A stretch of 12,921 bases of DNA from Octopus sinensis (Eukaryota), in contig NW_021826455.1 in the NCBI RefSeq assembly GCF_006345805.1, positions 1-12,921 of the forward strand, read 5' to 3'. A program made the position numbers and the translations under genes. Shown in pieces: positions 9,322 to 12,921 of the stretch. The notes under the pieces were generated by a model that worked only from the letters and a program-made list of their open reading frames with translations, ran no database searches and was not told the DNA's origin. How positions within the stretch are numbered: the stretch's first letter is position 1; each line of letters starts with the position of its first letter.

Positions 9322-9535
9322 AACGTTTGCACGCCGGGCGAAATGCGTAGCCGTATTTCGTCTGCCGTTACGTTCTGAGCTCAAATTCCGCCGAGATCGA
9401 CTTTGCCTTTCATCCTTTCGGGGTCGATAAATTAAGTACCAGTTACGCACTGGGGTCGATGTAATCGACTTAATCCGTTTGTCTGCCCTTGTTTGTCCCC
9501 TCTGTGTTTAGCCCCTTGTGGGTAGTAAAGAAATA
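9220..9535 (+). mobile_element. Full-length tRNA-derived CORE-type SINE, tail type A, with a tandemly amplified head
   Basis: Complete head, B-box, core and tail. Imperfect 8-bp TSD: GGTCCTGA (9212-9219) and GGTGCTGA (9536-9543). Confidence 0.92.
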
Positions 9536-10028
9536 GGTGCTGAGGATAAATTCCATCAGTTTTAGATAGTTTGGCCTTCAGAGAAATTTCATGAAGGGTA
9601 GAAAGATATAGGTAATTGAGTAGTACAGCTTTCAGTCAATCAATTATGAGATTAAAATATGATAATAGATATACACACATAATGGGTATGTCACGTTCAC
9701 AATGTCGAAACTCTAGTTCAAATCTCAGAGTGAAGAATTTAACAACCTTAATATGTCGGTACTTGGCCGCTTGGAGATTTGAAGAGGTAATTTTATTGGG
9801 CGTTGAATTATGAGTAACTGAAGTTGGTGAAAATATATTGATACTCACAGATAACCTTATTACTTAACCAAACAGAAAAAGCATTTAAAACAACAAATGA
9901 AAGAAGGAAAGACGGGACCATCAACCAATGCGAATAACAGTCACAGATACGAAACTGCGCAATCAGATTGATTCAGTATGATTGTGTAAAAATTTAACGT
10001 CAGTTATACTTAAAACTTGTCGTTTCAG

Positions 10029-10154
10029 TTAACGCCACGAGTGCTGTCATCGTTGAGGACATTCACACTTAGATTATCTTGGAGATCACATCAAAGATTG
10101 ATATAGCAGAGACACAACGGGAATTGACGTTTCTGATGTTCAACCAGAAAATTC
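10029..10154 (+). other. Candidate 126-nt phase 1-1 exon with one in-frame TAG
   Basis: Acceptor CTTGTCGTTTCAG and donor TTC|GTAAGG. Reads NATSAVIVEDIHT*IILEITSKIDIAETQRELTFLMFNQKI. Confidence 0.22.
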
Positions 10155-10252
10155 GTAAGGAAATAAGAGAATATTAAAATAAAACACATAAACCGGGATA
10201 ATACACCACGTTCAATCTATCACACTTCTACACAAACACTTGCACGTACGTA

Positions 10253-10253
<1 letters not shown>

Positions 10254-10346
<93 letters not shown>

Positions 10347-10350
10347 AATA

Positions 10351-10404
<54 letters not shown>

Positions 10405-10455
10405 GGATAGATGGATAGAAGATAGATAGATGGATAGATAGATAGATAGATAGAT

Positions 10456-10493
<38 letters not shown>

Positions 10494-10551
10494 CAGGCAT
10501 GCAGACAGACAGAGAGAGAGACAGAGAGACAGATAGATAGGTGGATAGATA
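10254..10551. repeat. Compound microsatellite (CT)n-(TA)n-(GATA)n-(GACA)n
   Basis: Visible directly. It is the left part of the array split by the Tx1 insertion. Confidence 0.95.
10531..10551. repeat. Target-site duplication of the Tx1 insertion, left copy (AGATAGATAGGTGGATAGATA)
   Basis: Identical to 12121-12141 and directly abuts the element's 3' end. I found the GGTG interruption of the GATA array only at these two junctions. Confidence 0.85.
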
Positions 10552-12120
10552 TGTTTCTTTATTAGCCACACAGGGCTGCACACAGATAGAACAAATTACA
10601 AGGTAGAGCTTTTCTTTTGAAGGTTTAAAAAAAAAAAAAAAAAAGAAGGGGGAGTTTCGATCAAAAGGGATCGTAAAAGGAGAGAAAGAGGACAAAAAAA
10701 AGGGGGGTTAAAAAAAAAAAAAAAAAAAAAAAGGGGGAGGGGAAAAAAATTGATCAATAGGGATCGTTATCACAGAAATGTCAATATGAAGTGTAAAGGG
10801 GAGGACAGGTGAGGTTTACCCGTGGAAAGAAAAGCCTACGGAAAAGACCACGGTAACCTCGGTCAACGAAGTCACATTTTATATTCTTTTTTTTTTTTTT
10901 TTTTTTTGCAAATAAGCAACTCTCTGTTTTCGATTTCTGGGTTCATAGGACTATGCTCAGGTGGCTTCGTCATTCATACGTGCCATTCTTGCTACATTCA
11001 CCCATCTTTTTTTAAAACATTCGCTAGACAAAACTTGCCTCTCTACTCTCACTTTCCTTTTCAAGTGGTACTTGAAGAAGTTGATGAGAGATTGACCAGA
11101 GAGGAAAGTGTTTGTCTCCAATCCTTTCAGACGCGTCCACCAGATACATTCTTTCGCCATAGCCACAAGGATGATGAAAATAGCTCTTCCTTCCCGTTTG
11201 AAGGAAGGGTGCGTGACAATATTGACGATAGACTCAGCTGATAAACCGACTCGTCCCACACGTGACAGCAGTTGTTCGACACAAAGCCCACAGGTCGGAA
11301 ATTGTTGGACACTGAACGAGTGCGTGCAGAACGGTTTCGTCGCTCTGACCGCATCTCGGCAGGTCGGCCCCGTGTTTCTCGAGCCGTGTCGTAGAGCTTA
11401 TCCCGAACGGGTAGCGCTTCTCGGTAGCACTGCCAGGCCAGGATCTCTGGAAGTTGTCCATGGGCCCTGGCCCGAAAGTCGTCCCGAACAGGCGGGTCAG
11501 GTACTCCTCGTCGACGTCCAGGTTCGCCCCGAGCTCGTCGTCGTACCTCCCCTCCACTAAACCCCTATAGAATGCTTGGTTGTGTTGAAGTCACTTAAGG
11601 TCGACCCAGGACGGCAGAGTTGCTTGAGAGCAACGCGACACTCGCGGTGCCATTCGCCCTTCCTCGGCCTCTTTTTGATCCACGACTGCAGTTCGGTCAT
11701 GGAGACGAGCTGCGGGAAAGCGTGCCTCACAAATGGCGATCACACCTGTTCACCGTCGTCTACATAGAGCCAGAGATGTCGCAGTCTCAGCGCGTGTCTG
11801 CGCATCATCAACCACGGCATGCCCAGCCCTCCTTTTAACGGGTGTTGACAGCAAATGGATCGCCTGACCATCGGGACGCATCCTTTCCACAAGAAGCGAA
11901 AGAGGATGCGTTGTAGTTTGGTGATGGTAGGGTCGGGACAAGGTACGACGGTCAGGCGGTAGTAGATGACGGACGCGATGTACGTGTTCGCCACCTCCGC
12001 TCGACCTTTTAGGGACAGTTTCCTCTCGGCCCATTGCCGGGCGAGAGTGACCACCCTACTCGTTATCTCGTTCCAGTTCTTCTCCACTTGGAGGTCCGGA
12101 CCAAACCAGACCCCGAGCAA
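10552..12120 (-). mobile_element. 5'-truncated Tx1-clade (L1 superfamily) non-LTR retrotransposon: C-terminal part of ORF2 plus ~390 bp 3' UTR, no poly(A) tail
   Basis: The minus-strand translation LGVWFG...NW...LSLKGRAEVANTYIASVIYYRL...LQRILFRFLW...GGLG matches the post-RT region of Xenopus Tx1 ORF2 as I recall it (LSLRGRALVINQLVASQIWYRL...GGQG). A downstream CPRCGQSDETVLHALVQC zinc-knuckle follows. The segment is GC-rich relative to its flanks, ends in AATAAAGAAACA, and is bounded by an identical 21-bp direct repeat. Confidence 0.93.
10943..12120 (-). pseudogene. Disrupted ORF2 C-terminus of the Tx1-like LINE (post-RT region and C-terminal CCHC/zf-RVT motif)
   Basis: ORFs 11740-12120, 11234-11557 and 10957-11259 can be joined by hand into one protein. 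This needs one nonsense codon (TGA at 11740-11742, probably from TGG) and about six 1-bp indels (~11576, ~11440, ~11390, ~11360, ~11282, ~10959). The inferred original stop is the TGA at 10943-10945. Confidence 0.88.
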
Positions 12121-12880
<760 letters not shown>

Positions 12881-12921
12881 GTATGCAGGATTGTGTGAAT
12901 GCGTGAGTACAGAACAAATGT

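Noticed and set aside
9040-9450. ORFs with GGELADE and SASSPP repeats, and the related 5131-5370 ORF
   Set aside because: They are translations of SINE sequence and its 21-bp tandem head.
9849-9862. Minus-strand 7-14 nt microexon before a GTGAGT donor
   Set aside because: The acceptor is ambiguous, the 14-nt form contains TAA in two of three frames, and the pyrimidine tract is just the reverse of an A-rich stretch.
11108-11838. Plus-strand ORFs of 63-150 aa
   Set aside because: They are antisense shadow ORFs of the GC-rich Tx1 ORF2.

Overview
AT-rich eukaryotic, mostly non-coding DNA full of compound microsatellites. The SINE families resemble octopus SINEs as I recall them, so I infer a coleoid cephalopod, probably Octopus (not checked). 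No complete gene is present, and nearly all listed ORFs come from microsatellites or SINEs. The only confidently identified protein-coding sequence is a 5'-truncated, frameshifted Tx1-clade (L1-like) non-LTR retrotransposon on the minus strand (10552-12120). It sits inside a (GATA)n array with a 20-21 bp target-site duplication (TSD) and has no poly(A) tail. Its last ~53 nt match the 3' tail of a tRNA-derived SINE that has two copies in the window (39 of 50 aligned positions), which suggests a SINE/Tx1-LINE partnership with possible GATA-microsatellite targeting. The window also has about 8 SINE copies or fragments, three tail types on one shared SINE head/core, a 5x tandem amplification of a SINE head, a 164-bp inverted repeat whose loop contains a candidate microexon, a 138-bp local duplication whose second copy has its own TSD, and several weak candidate exons.
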